A DNA stretch of 32,000 bases. It comes from Methanothermobacter marburgensis str. Marburg. GTDB lineage: Archaea; Methanobacteriota; Methanobacteria; Methanobacteriales; Methanothermobacteraceae. The notes under the pieces are model-generated. The model was not told the origin of the DNA, made no database searches, and saw only the letters and a list, made by a program, of their open reading frames with translations. The position numbers and the translations under genes are program-made. Positions within the stretch are counted from its first letter, which is position 1; every line of letters starts with the position of its first letter. Of the stretch, positions 17,498 to 24,668 are shown piece by piece. The DNA lies in contig NC_014408.1 in the NCBI RefSeq assembly GCF_000145295.1, positions 900,001 to 932,000 of the forward strand. The letters run 5' to 3'.

Positions 17498-18679
17498 TTA
17501 ACCACCATAGAGAAGTCCGAGGAGGGTTTCAAGTGCTTCATTCACTCCCCATCCCTCTTTAAGTGAAACAGGTATTATGGGGACATCACCTCCAAGCTTC
17601 ATCCTTGTTCTTATCTCATCAGGTGAGAGCGCGCCTGGAAGGTCCTGTTTATTGGCAACCACAACCTTAGGTATCGCCTCTGCCCTTGTCTTTCTTATCA
17701 TCTCCTTGGCCCTTGCGAAGGTTTCAGGTGCGGTTGAGTCCACCAGTATGAATGCCCCTACAGCCTCCCTTGAGAGGACATCCAGTATGAGGTCGAATCT
17801 CTCCTGTCCCGGTGTACCGAAGATATCCGCCATGAACCCCTTATACTCGAGGTGACCTATGTCCATTGCAATGGTTGTTGGGAACGCCGAGAGGGCCTTT
17901 CTATCAACCGAAACCGCCTTTGTGGATATTGACTTTACGAATGTGGATTTCCCTGAATTGTAGGGACCAGTCACCAGTATCTTGGGCACATAGACCTTAA
18001 CGCCACCGGGCTGTACAACAAAGAAGAGCACCATGGTATCAGGTGGACTGGACCAGTCAGAATGGGCAACCATGAACCCCTGCCCTATTATGACCCTCTC
18101 CTCAATGGTCCGCAGGTCAACGACACAGTCCATCAGTGATCTCAGTTTATCCATAAGCTCCCTTTCATAGTCCCACTCAGTGAAGAGGTAGACAATGTTG
18201 ACATCAAGTTCAGAGGCCCTCCTGTTCCATGTCTCTACAATTTCAAGGGTGTCACCGTTCCCCAGGTAATCTATTATTACAGAGAGACAGTTTATTACTC
18301 CCACACCGCCTGGAATATCCTCTATTGCACTCAGAACTGTTTCCTTTATCTCTGAGTAATCACTGACGGTGTAACGCTCCTCTGATGGCATTCCAAGGAA
18401 GGGTGAACTTCCATCAACAAAGAACATGTCCCCATTCTCAATGCGGGGCTCGATGTCCCAGCCATAGGACCTGAATTCATATATTATGCTCTCAGGTTCC
18501 TCAACGTTGGTGAATATAAACCCCTTCTCGCCCTCACCAAGTCGTCCGTTGAGCATCTGGTAACCGAATGCCTCATAGTCCACTCCGGGGGATGCCGAGA
18601 ACATCACAGAAGCCCCCTCCCTCACTCCACCGCCCAGGAGGTCGTCGAGTTTCGGGATGTAAGTCCTCTTCATGTTCAC
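17498..18679 (-). CDS. Fusion protein: P-loop-degenerate KaiC-like domain (aa 1-~228) + small MglA/Arf-like GTPase (aa ~232-393)
   Basis: The N-terminal half aligns by eye to the two downstream KaiC-like proteins ([18 protein letters not shown]...), but the Walker A position reads SASPGVDYE. The C-terminal half has G1 [10 protein letters not shown]3 [10 protein letters not shown]4 ANKQD and G5-like VSLK. The start is GTG 18679 or ATG 18673. Confidence 0.8.
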   Translation of the reverse strand: MNMKRTYIPKLDDLLGGGVREGASVMFSASPGVDYEAFGYQMLNGRLGEGEKGFIFTNVEEPESIIYEFRSYGWDIEPRIENGDMFFVDGSSPFLGMPSEERYTVSDYSEIKETVLSAIEDIPGGVGVINCLSVIIDYLGNGDTLEIVETWNRRASELDVNIVYLFTEWDYERELMDKLRSLMDCVVDLRTIEERVIIGQGFMVAHSDWSSPPDTMVLFFVVQPGGVKVYVPKILVTGPYNSGKSTFVKSISTKAVSVDRKALSAFPTTIAMDIGHLEYKGFMADIFGTPGQERFDLILDVLSREAVGAFILVDSTAPETFARAKEMIRKTRAEAIPKVVVANKQDLPGALSPDEIRTRMKLGGDVPIIPVSLKEGWGVNEALETLLGLLYGG

Positions 18680-19053
18680 ATCTCCCTTAGAATTTCATCA
18701 ACCTGCGCTGCCCTTGAATCCATTTCAAAGAGCAGCAGACCCAGCTGTGCCTCCGGTTCTGCCAGGGCCGTGAATATGGCCTTCTCACCTGCAGGTTTGA
18801 GAATGATTATACCCTTCTCGGTTCTCACGGTTATCTCAGAAACGCCGCCAGTGTTCATCTGCCCTGATGCCGCCTCTGCGGCACCCATTATGGTTGAACA
18901 GAGGGCTGAGAATATCCTGGCATCAACATCTGGAGGTGTCCGTGCGTTTATAAGCAGCCCTTCCTTTGAAACAATACCCGCAGCCCTTATCTGACCGACC
19001 TGCATAAAAGCAGAGAGCACATCATCCAGTTTTTCCTTCTTTGTTTTGGCCAT
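18676..19053 (-). CDS. Roadblock/LC7 (MglB-like) domain protein
   Basis: About 125 aa with the typical pattern: [20 protein letters not shown]...[19 protein letters not shown]...[19 protein letters not shown] 19053 lies 5 nt after GGGGTG. Confidence 0.8.
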   Translation of the reverse strand: MAKTKKEKLDDVLSAFMQVGQIRAAGIVSKEGLLINARTPPDVDARIFSALCSTIMGAAEAASGQMNTGGVSEITVRTEKGIIILKPAGEKAIFTALAEPEAQLGLLLFEMDSRAAQVDEILREM

Positions 19054-19111
19054 CAATACACCCCAGTGACTCGGTAACCGGTATCAGGAAGTGTCCCCGG
19101 CGATGAGTATT

Positions 19112-19143
19112 ACAGTTTAATTATGTTGTTAACCCTTTATATC
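19112..19143 (-). promoter_or_regulatory. Promoter region candidate for the Roadblock-GTPase-KaiC operon
   Basis: AT-rich TATA-like elements lie in the 113-nt gap: plus-strand CTTTATATC at 19134-19143, and ATAATTAAA on the minus strand. They are 60-90 nt upstream of ATG 19053. Confidence 0.35.
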
Positions 19144-19168
19144 AGTTTACATCTGGCCGCGGTGTAAT

Positions 19169-19735
19169 TTAAGGAGGAAGCCATACCGCCTCAGATGTTG
19201 TGAAAACGTAGTGATCTGAAAGGGCAGGGTTGTGGTAGGTGCCGGTCAGGTTCTCTGTCCTGAAGGTCCGTGAGATGGATCTCCTCATGCAGAAGTTCAC
19301 CCTGTCAGAGAGGGACTCCCTCAGGGAAGACTCCATAGGTGGGCCAGAGAGCCATGCCCTCAGACGGAACTTCCTCCGCCCGTATGTGCTGTTGTAGCCC
19401 TCATCAATCAGCTCAACCCTGAGAACCCTGACATCAGACGGCTGCAGGAGGACTGGTTTCTGATTCTGGTACTCCTCAAAGGTAACAGCAGGGTAGACTG
19501 CAAGGGTGTCAGTCGTAACCCCCTCCAGGGCCCCTGTTTTTGCAGCCGAATGGGCCGCCATGAGTTCAAGCTGCATTCCAGCCTGAACCGCTATGAGTGT
19601 GGCAATGAGGAGCCCGGCACCTGTAAGTAGCAGGTACTCAATGGGTACCTGCCCTCCGGTGCAGCCATAGATATGACCTGGCCTCAAATTTGTCACAGAT
19701 GAAGCCCAGGGACTCCTAGATACATCCAACCTCAA
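19169..19735 (-). CDS. Class III signal peptide (type IV pilin-like) protein
   Basis: It contains ...GCTGG|QVPIEYLLLTGAGLLIATLIAV, that is Gly, then Gln at +1, Glu at +5 and a hydrophobic helix. This is the archaeal prepilin-peptidase substrate pattern. Possible starts are TTG 19735 (overlapping the upstream stop), GTG 19696 or TTG 19687. Confidence 0.55.
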   Translation of the reverse strand: MRLDVSRSPWASSVTNLRPGHIYGCTGGQVPIEYLLLTGAGLLIATLIAVQAGMQLELMAAHSAAKTGALEGVTTDTLAVYPAVTFEEYQNQKPVLLQPSDVRVLRVELIDEGYNSTYGRRKFRLRAWLSGPPMESSLRESLSDRVNFCMRRSISRTFRTENLTGTYHNPALSDHYVFTTSEAVWLPP

Positions 19736-20175
19736 AGTCTCACCTCCGAGACCATGACAAGGGTCCTGTTATTCCTGCAGGTGTTCCTTATTGAGTATTT
19801 CCTGCCTGCCTCAAGGTTAATTGATGCAGGGGTACCTTTCGAGTCCACTATAAGAACATTGGACATATTTGAGAATCCCCTGTAACCATCCGCCCAGCCG
19901 TAGACTCCTGTTGAGTTGATCCTCAGCCTGTAAGCTGATGTGTGGTTGAGACGGGGAGGGAGCTCAACAACAACTTCACGGCCCGGACCCCCTGCAACTG
20001 CAAGGTCAACGGCACATGCCACATCATCCATGAGTATGCGAAGTTCAAGAAGTCCCTCCTCATGGTTAACACCATCAATCCTTGAACCTGCAATGGCAAC
20101 CATGGTGGATAAAAGCAGAACCATGAAAAAGGTTGATGTTACAGCGTCAGCTGCCAGAACACCATGTTTATCCAT
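19732..20175 (-). CDS. Putative class III signal peptide (pilin-like) protein
   Basis: From ATG 20175 it reads MDKHG|VLAADAVTSTFFMVLLLSTMVAIAG. This gives a short basic leader, Gly, an acidic residue at +5 and a hydrophobic helix. A TTTATATA box ends 23 nt upstream, which suggests a leaderless mRNA. Confidence 0.45.
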   Translation of the reverse strand: MDKHGVLAADAVTSTFFMVLLLSTMVAIAGSRIDGVNHEEGLLELRILMDDVACAVDLAVAGGPGREVVVELPPRLNHTSAYRLRINSTGVYGWADGYRGFSNMSNVLIVDSKGTPASINLEAGRKYSIRNTCRNNRTLVMVSEVRL

Positions 20176-20197
20176 GAGGATAATTAATAAATTTTTG

Positions 20198-20205
20198 TAT
20201 ATAAA
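20198..20205. promoter_or_regulatory. Shared, possibly bidirectional, TATA element between divergent genes
   Basis: The minus strand reads an exact TTTATATA 23 nt before ATG 20175. The plus strand reads TATATAAA 31-49 nt before ATG 20236/20254. Confidence 0.5.
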
Positions 20206-20253
20206 TATTACTAACTGGTGTATAGATATAGTTTGATGCACATAAACACTTAC

Positions 20254-20667
20254 ATGTATTCCCTAGTGGTCTTCACAGGGGGACCCCATAACTTCCATGA
20301 ACTTGAGGAATTTGTTGAGGATGCCGGTGGCCTTATAATCCAGAGGGACACATTCAGTGTTCACAGGGGCCAGTACTTCCTGAGAAATGAGGTCAGAGTC
20401 CTATGCATCATTCCCAGCGCAGATGAAGAAACACTCAGAGAGACCGCCCGCCGGATAAAGGGGGAAATAGAGGGCCTGGATGTTAATCAAGATGTCCTTG
20501 AGAGGATAAAGTCCCTTCTTGAGGTCTATGATAGGCTCGCAGAGGAACCCTCATGGACCCCCGGAGATGAGATTGTGGCCGATGACGGCCTCCTTGATGA
20601 GATGGTTGACATGGAACTCATTGAAAGAAGAAAGATGGGTCATAGGGTCGAGTACCGTCTGCTATGA
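20254..20667 (+). CDS. Hypothetical protein
   Basis: 137 aa from ATG 20254 (MYSLVVFTGGPHN...). Composition is coding-like and I recognise no motifs. An alternative ATG lies at 20236. Confidence 0.45.
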   Translation: MYSLVVFTGGPHNFHELEEFVEDAGGLIIQRDTFSVHRGQYFLRNEVRVLCIIPSADEETLRETARRIKGEIEGLDVNQDVLERIKSLLEVYDRLAEEPSWTPGDEIVADDGLLDEMVDMELIERRKMGHRVEYRLL

Positions 20668-20778
20668 GGTTCTATACTGACAAAAATTCCCAGGGTCCAT
20701 CATAACATCACAGGATTCCTGTCATCCAGATTTATCTAGGTGGTCTTTCAGATTAGTATAGGAGCTGGAGGATTTAAT

Positions 20779-21000
20779 ATGGCAAATGAAATAAAACAGC
20801 TTGTGATAGGTATAAGCAGAGAGGGAGAGATAATCGTAAAGAGTAACAGGGGGAGGATCTACCCGGTTAAGGTATCGCCCGACCTCAGTTTCAGCTGTGA
20901 GGACCTCTTCAGGCACACTGATATGGAACTCTACGCAACAATAAATACTGAGGTCCAGCCCTGGGAATGCGTGTCCATTGAATACGTGGAGCCAGAGTAA
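20779..21000 (+). CDS. Small hypothetical protein (73 aa)
   Basis: ATG 20779 lies 8 nt after GGAGG (20766-20770). I recognise no family. Confidence 0.45.
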   Translation: MANEIKQLVIGISREGEIIVKSNRGRIYPVKVSPDLSFSCEDLFRHTDMELYATINTEVQPWECVSIEYVEPE

Positions 21001-21142
21001 AATCACCGGCCATTTATTTCATTCAGAGACATGGGTTTAGCAGCCACTGACACATGACATACCACTTAAATAAAATGAGGATTATAGCTGTAAGACCAGA
21101 TACACCAGATAATATGAGTACAACAATTCAGTGGAGGATATT

Positions 21143-21385
21143 ATGAGGGGAGAGATTCTCATAACCGCCGGAGTAATCCTTATAATCACAGGCATACTCT
21201 TAACATTCATTGGAGGAGCCCTCAGCGCCTCCCAGACAAGGGATAAGGGGGAGGTTAAGGCCGCGGGAGTTGTAATGATAGGGCCCGTGCCCATAATCTT
21301 TGGCAGCGACAGAAACATGGCCATCACAGGGGTTGTGCTTGCCCTGATCCTCATGGTGGTTGCATACATACTGTTCTACAGATAG
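21143..21385 (+). CDS. Small two-TM membrane protein (DUF131/TIGR00304-like by recollection)
   Basis: 80 aa. Two hydrophobic helices flank the motif GVVMIGPVPIIFGSD. ATG 21143 lies 5 nt after GGAGG. Confidence 0.6.
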   Translation: MRGEILITAGVILIITGILLTFIGGALSASQTRDKGEVKAAGVVMIGPVPIIFGSDRNMAITGVVLALILMVVAYILFYR

Positions 21386-21395
21386 GTGTGCTTCC

Positions 21396-22268
21396 ATGAG
21401 GATCATAATGGTGGCCTGTGGAGAATACGGCGCCAGGGTGGTGAATACCGTCGCCTCCCATGGGCTGGCACCGGACATAGTGGCTGTATTTGATTATGAT
21501 GACTATTCTGGTGAATTTCTGGATGATCCCTCATCACTTCTTCCCCCAGAAATCCCTGATGCAGATCTCACAGTTGCTGCGGGGCTCTTCGGTGACCTTA
21601 ACCTTGTAGCAGCTGAAATAGCCGTTGAATCGGGATCGAAGGCCATCATAGTGGAATCCCATGCGCCAGGTCAGCTTCCTGAAGGCCTTAAATCTGAAAT
21701 TTCCGGGATGGTTGAATCAGCCGTCTTCCCATCACCCTTCTGTTCACTTGATACTACAGGAAATCCCTTCATTGACTCATTTGCATCAGGATTCGGGAAG
21801 CCTGAGGTGGAGATGGATGTGAAGGAGAGTGTCCTTGCGGTCAGGGTTAAAAGAAGCGCCCCCTGTGGTTCCACCTTCTACGTTGCAGAGAGGATAAGGG
21901 GTGTTCCCCTCCATGAGGTGGATGTGGCTGCAGGTGAAGGATTCCACAACTACCCCTGCCTGGCATCCATGGAAGCTGACCCTGCACTGGGGGATACACA
22001 CCTCCACGTTGCAGGTTACCTCACAAGGGAGGCCTTCAAGAGGGCTGCCGGTGTGCCCGGGGTTCATGCCCGCGTGAACCCCCAGGAATGCCTGGGAGAG
22101 GACTGTGGCTTCCTCTGCATGGATGTCTGCCCCCTTGTCAGGTTATCCATGAATACCATAAGGAGGAGTGTGACTGCAGAGGTGGATCCCTTCTCCTGCG
22201 GTGCCTGTGAGAGGTGCGCCAGGGAATGTCCCCACGGAGCCATAGAAATGATAAACCCGCGGCCATGA
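21396..22268 (+). CDS. DUF166/COG1810-like protein with C-terminal 2x[4Fe-4S]-type cysteine motifs
   Basis: The N-terminus MRIIMVACGEYGARV is typical of the DUF166 family as I recall it. The C-terminus has CLGEDCGFLCMDVCP and CGACERCARECP (CxxCxxCxxxCP). Confidence 0.6.
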   Translation: MRIIMVACGEYGARVVNTVASHGLAPDIVAVFDYDDYSGEFLDDPSSLLPPEIPDADLTVAAGLFGDLNLVAAEIAVESGSKAIIVESHAPGQLPEGLKSEISGMVESAVFPSPFCSLDTTGNPFIDSFASGFGKPEVEMDVKESVLAVRVKRSAPCGSTFYVAERIRGVPLHEVDVAAGEGFHNYPCLASMEADPALGDTHLHVAGYLTREAFKRAAGVPGVHARVNPQECLGEDCGFLCMDVCPLVRLSMNTIRRSVTAEVDPFSCGACERCARECPHGAIEMINPRP

Positions 22269-22367
22269 TGGGATCCGCATGATCAAACCATCCGGATGTA
22301 AAAAATGGAATAACACAGAGGAGATGATAATCTGAAAGGTACAGAAAACCCTGAAGTTAAGGAAAAA

Positions 22368-23120
22368 ATTACAGGTGAGGTTGTATTCATAGGTGCAGGT
22401 CCAGGGGACCCTGAACTCATAACACTGAAAGCCATACGGGTTCTTGAAAGGTCCGATGTTGTGATATACGCCGGTTCACTTGTAAACAGAAAGATCCTGG
22501 AATACGCGCCAGGTGCAGAGGTCCACAACAGCGCCCATATGGACCTCGAGGAGATAACAGAAATCATGGTGAATGCCTGCAGGGCCGGTAAAACCGTGGC
22601 GAGGGTTCACACAGGAGACCCCTCTATTTATGGGGCCATCAAGGAGCAGATGAGGGTTCTTGATGAGAAGGGAATTCCATACAGTGTTATACCCGGCGTC
22701 AGTTCCGTTTTTGCAGCCGCAGCCGCCCTGGGGACCGAACTTACACTCCCTGAGATTTCTCAGACCGTCATAATAACACGTCCTGCCGGGAGAACACCTG
22801 TGCCGCCTTCAGAGAGCCTCGAAGAGCTTGCAAGACACGGTTCAACCATGTGCATATTCCTGGGTGTCCACATGATAGGGGATGTTGCAGAGAGGCTGAT
22901 GAAGCACTACCCTCCTGACACCCCCGTTGCCGTGGTTAAAAGGGCCTCCTGGCCTGATGAGGAGATTGTGAGGGGCACACTGGCAGATATATCCATGAAG
23001 GTGCATGAGGCAGGTATAAAGAAGACAGCCATGATAATCGTGGGAAGGGTTCTCGATCCAGGGGAGTTCAGGGCCTCCAAGCTCTACGACGCCGGATTCA
23101 ACCACGAATACAGGCCCTGA
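22368..23120 (+). CDS. cbiF: Cobalt-precorrin-4 C11-methyltransferase
   Basis: Signatures present are VVFIGAGPGDPELITLKA, VIYAGSLV and HTGDPSIYGA. The first canonical in-frame start (GTG 22461) would delete the GAGPGDP SAM-binding motif. The 5' boundary given here is an ATT codon and is provisional; CTG 22332 is an alternative. Confidence 0.85.
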   Translation: MTGEVVFIGAGPGDPELITLKAIRVLERSDVVIYAGSLVNRKILEYAPGAEVHNSAHMDLEEITEIMVNACRAGKTVARVHTGDPSIYGAIKEQMRVLDEKGIPYSVIPGVSSVFAAAAALGTELTLPEISQTVIITRPAGRTPVPPSESLEELARHGSTMCIFLGVHMIGDVAERLMKHYPPDTPVAVVKRASWPDEEIVRGTLADISMKVHEAGIKKTAMIIVGRVLDPGEFRASKLYDAGFNHEYRP

Positions 23121-23259
23121 ACAAATCTTATCCTCAAAAATTACTCTTTCCAGCCTGATTCAACCACGAATACAGACCCAAAACAAATCTCATCCTCAAA
23201 AATTACTCTTTCCAGCCTGATTCAACCACGAATACAGACCCAAAACAAATCTTATCCTC
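23096..23259. repeat. 62-bp tandem direct repeat, about 2.65 copies
   Basis: The units span 23096-23157, 23158-23219 and 23220-23259 (truncated). Unit 1 differs from unit 2 at 4 of 62 positions. Unit 1 contains the last 8 codons and the TGA of cbiF. Confidence 0.9.
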
Positions 23260-23260
23260 C

Positions 23261-23266
23261 TTTTTT
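23261..23266 (+). terminator. Oligo-T (T6) terminator candidate for cbiF
   Basis: TTTTTT follows the truncated third repeat unit immediately. Confidence 0.45.
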
Positions 23267-23280
23267 AAGTATACCAGAAA

Positions 23281-23664
23281 TCAGAACGTGAAGAGCTTTA
23301 TGTGGGCCATTCTACCGCAGGCAATGAACCTCTCTGTGAGTTCCCTCACCCTTGAGGACTCTCCCTCAATTATGAAAAGTTCAAGGCACTTCCCATCCTT
23401 GAGGTGACTGTGTATCTGGGTGCTGATTATATCCTCATAGTCATGTTTTATCTCTGTGACCATGTCCTCGTCATTTCTTTTGTGTATGAGAAAGAGAACC
23501 GCGTTTATATCTCCCCTCAATTCCTGCATGTTTCTTTTCTCATCTATCAGAAGCCTTGCAGCAGCCCTTACAACATCGGATCTCCCTGAGAATCCCATCT
23601 CATCCCTAAGTGCATCTATCTCCGCAAGGAGCTTTTCACTGAGTGAAACACTTACCACAACCAT
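23281..23664 (-). CDS. nikR: NikR-family ribbon-helix-helix metal-responsive regulator
   Basis: An N-terminal RHH ([16 protein letters not shown]...[13 protein letters not shown]) is followed by a C-terminal metal-binding pattern, H-x13-HSH-x5-C (IKHDY...[13 protein letters not shown]). This parallels the NikR high-affinity site residues. Confidence 0.75.
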   Translation of the reverse strand: MVVVSVSLSEKLLAEIDALRDEMGFSGRSDVVRAAARLLIDEKRNMQELRGDINAVLFLIHKRNDEDMVTEIKHDYEDIISTQIHSHLKDGKCLELFIIEGESSRVRELTERFIACGRMAHIKLFTF

Positions 23665-23687
23665 GGATCACTCTATTTTAATAAGAA

Positions 23688-23695
23688 TTTATATA
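23688..23695 (-). promoter_or_regulatory. TATA element candidate for nikR (leaderless geometry)
   Basis: The plus strand reads TTTATATA and the minus strand TATATAAA. The element lies 24 nt from ATG 23664. Confidence 0.4.
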
Positions 23696-23740
23696 CTTTA
23701 TGCTAAAATTTATTAAATTATCTTCCAAATATTAACAATT

Positions 23741-23748
23741 TTTATATG
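23741..23748 (+). promoter_or_regulatory. TATA box candidate for the metal ABC transporter operon
   Basis: TTTATATG ends 21 nt before ATG 23769. The geometry suggests a leaderless or near-leaderless transcript. Confidence 0.5.
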
Positions 23749-23768
23749 TTTTCAGGGACATAGATTGA

Positions 23769-24668
23769 ATGGGTGGTTGGATGGAAAGATGGAAGATAGG
23801 TGCAATTGCACTTATAACCATACTCTCGGTGGCTGGAATGTACGTCTTCACATCAGAGGCATCAGAGGAACCACATCAGGGAAAACTGATTGTTGCGGTT
23901 ACAATAATGCCCCAGAAGGAGTTTGTGGAGGCAGTTGCAGGGGATCGGGCAGAGGTGGTTGTCCTGGTGCCAGAGGGCGCCGATCCCCACACCTATGAAC
24001 CTGAACCAGAGACACTCAGGAGGGTGTCAGAGGCCAGAGCATACTTCATTGTTGGATCCGGCCTTGAATTCGAAAACCACTACCTTGATAAAATAAGGAC
24101 ACTTAACCCCAGTATGAGGATAATAAACACTTCAGAGGGGATAGAGTTTATTCCCTCAGCCATTGAAGATTCACATGAATCAGCCGAGAGCCCATACGAC
24201 CCCCATGTATGGACATCACCCAGAAACGCAATGGTGATGGTGAACAACACACTGAGGGGGCTCCAGGAGATTGACCCACAGCACAGCAGATACTACAGGG
24301 AAAACGCTGCGACCTACCTTGAAAGGCTGCATGAACTGGACATGAGGATCAGAATGGAGCTTAAAAACAGAACCGGTGAGAGCATACTGGTCTACCACCC
24401 CGCATGGGGCTACTTCTGCAGGGAATACGGGTTAAAACAGGTTGCAATTGAAAGGGAGGGAAAGGAACCCGGCCCGGCAACATTATCACTGATAATCCAG
24501 GAGGCCAGAAGAAAGAACATAAGGGTTGTAATTGCATCACCACAGTTCAGCAGGAGGAATGCAGAACTCATTGCAGACGAGATGGGGGCAAGGGTTGCCG
24601 TCGTGGACCCGCTGGGGGGAAACTACACCCGAAACATTGAGGAGATACTGAGGGCGCTTCAGGGGTGA
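23769..24668 (+). CDS. Metal (Zn/Mn/Ni-type) ABC transporter substrate-binding protein, ZnuA/TroA family
   Basis: It has an N-terminal signal/anchor (IGAIALITILSVAG) and the family motifs GADPHTYEP and YDPHVWTSP. Confidence 0.8.
   Translation: MGGWMERWKIGAIALITILSVAGMYVFTSEASEEPHQGKLIVAVTIMPQKEFVEAVAGDRAEVVVLVPEGADPHTYEPEPETLRRVSEARAYFIVGSGLEFENHYLDKIRTLNPSMRIINTSEGIEFIPSAIEDSHESAESPYDPHVWTSPRNAMVMVNNTLRGLQEIDPQHSRYYRENAATYLERLHELDMRIRMELKNRTGESILVYHPAWGYFCREYGLKQVAIEREGKEPGPATLSLIIQEARRKNIRVVIASPQFSRRNAELIADEMGARVAVVDPLGGNYTRNIEEILRALQG

Noticed and set aside
23096-23259. Possibility that the 62-bp repeats are a mini CRISPR array
   Set aside because: The units are contiguous with no spacers. 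The unit is too long, contains the end of a coding sequence and has no internal dyad typical of CRISPR repeats. No cas genes are nearby.
23707-23719. 13-bp palindrome AATTTATTAAATT as a stand-alone operator call
   Set aside because: It is composed only of A and T within an AT-rich promoter gap, so chance occurrence is likely. I kept it only as a detail inside the nikR control-region finding.
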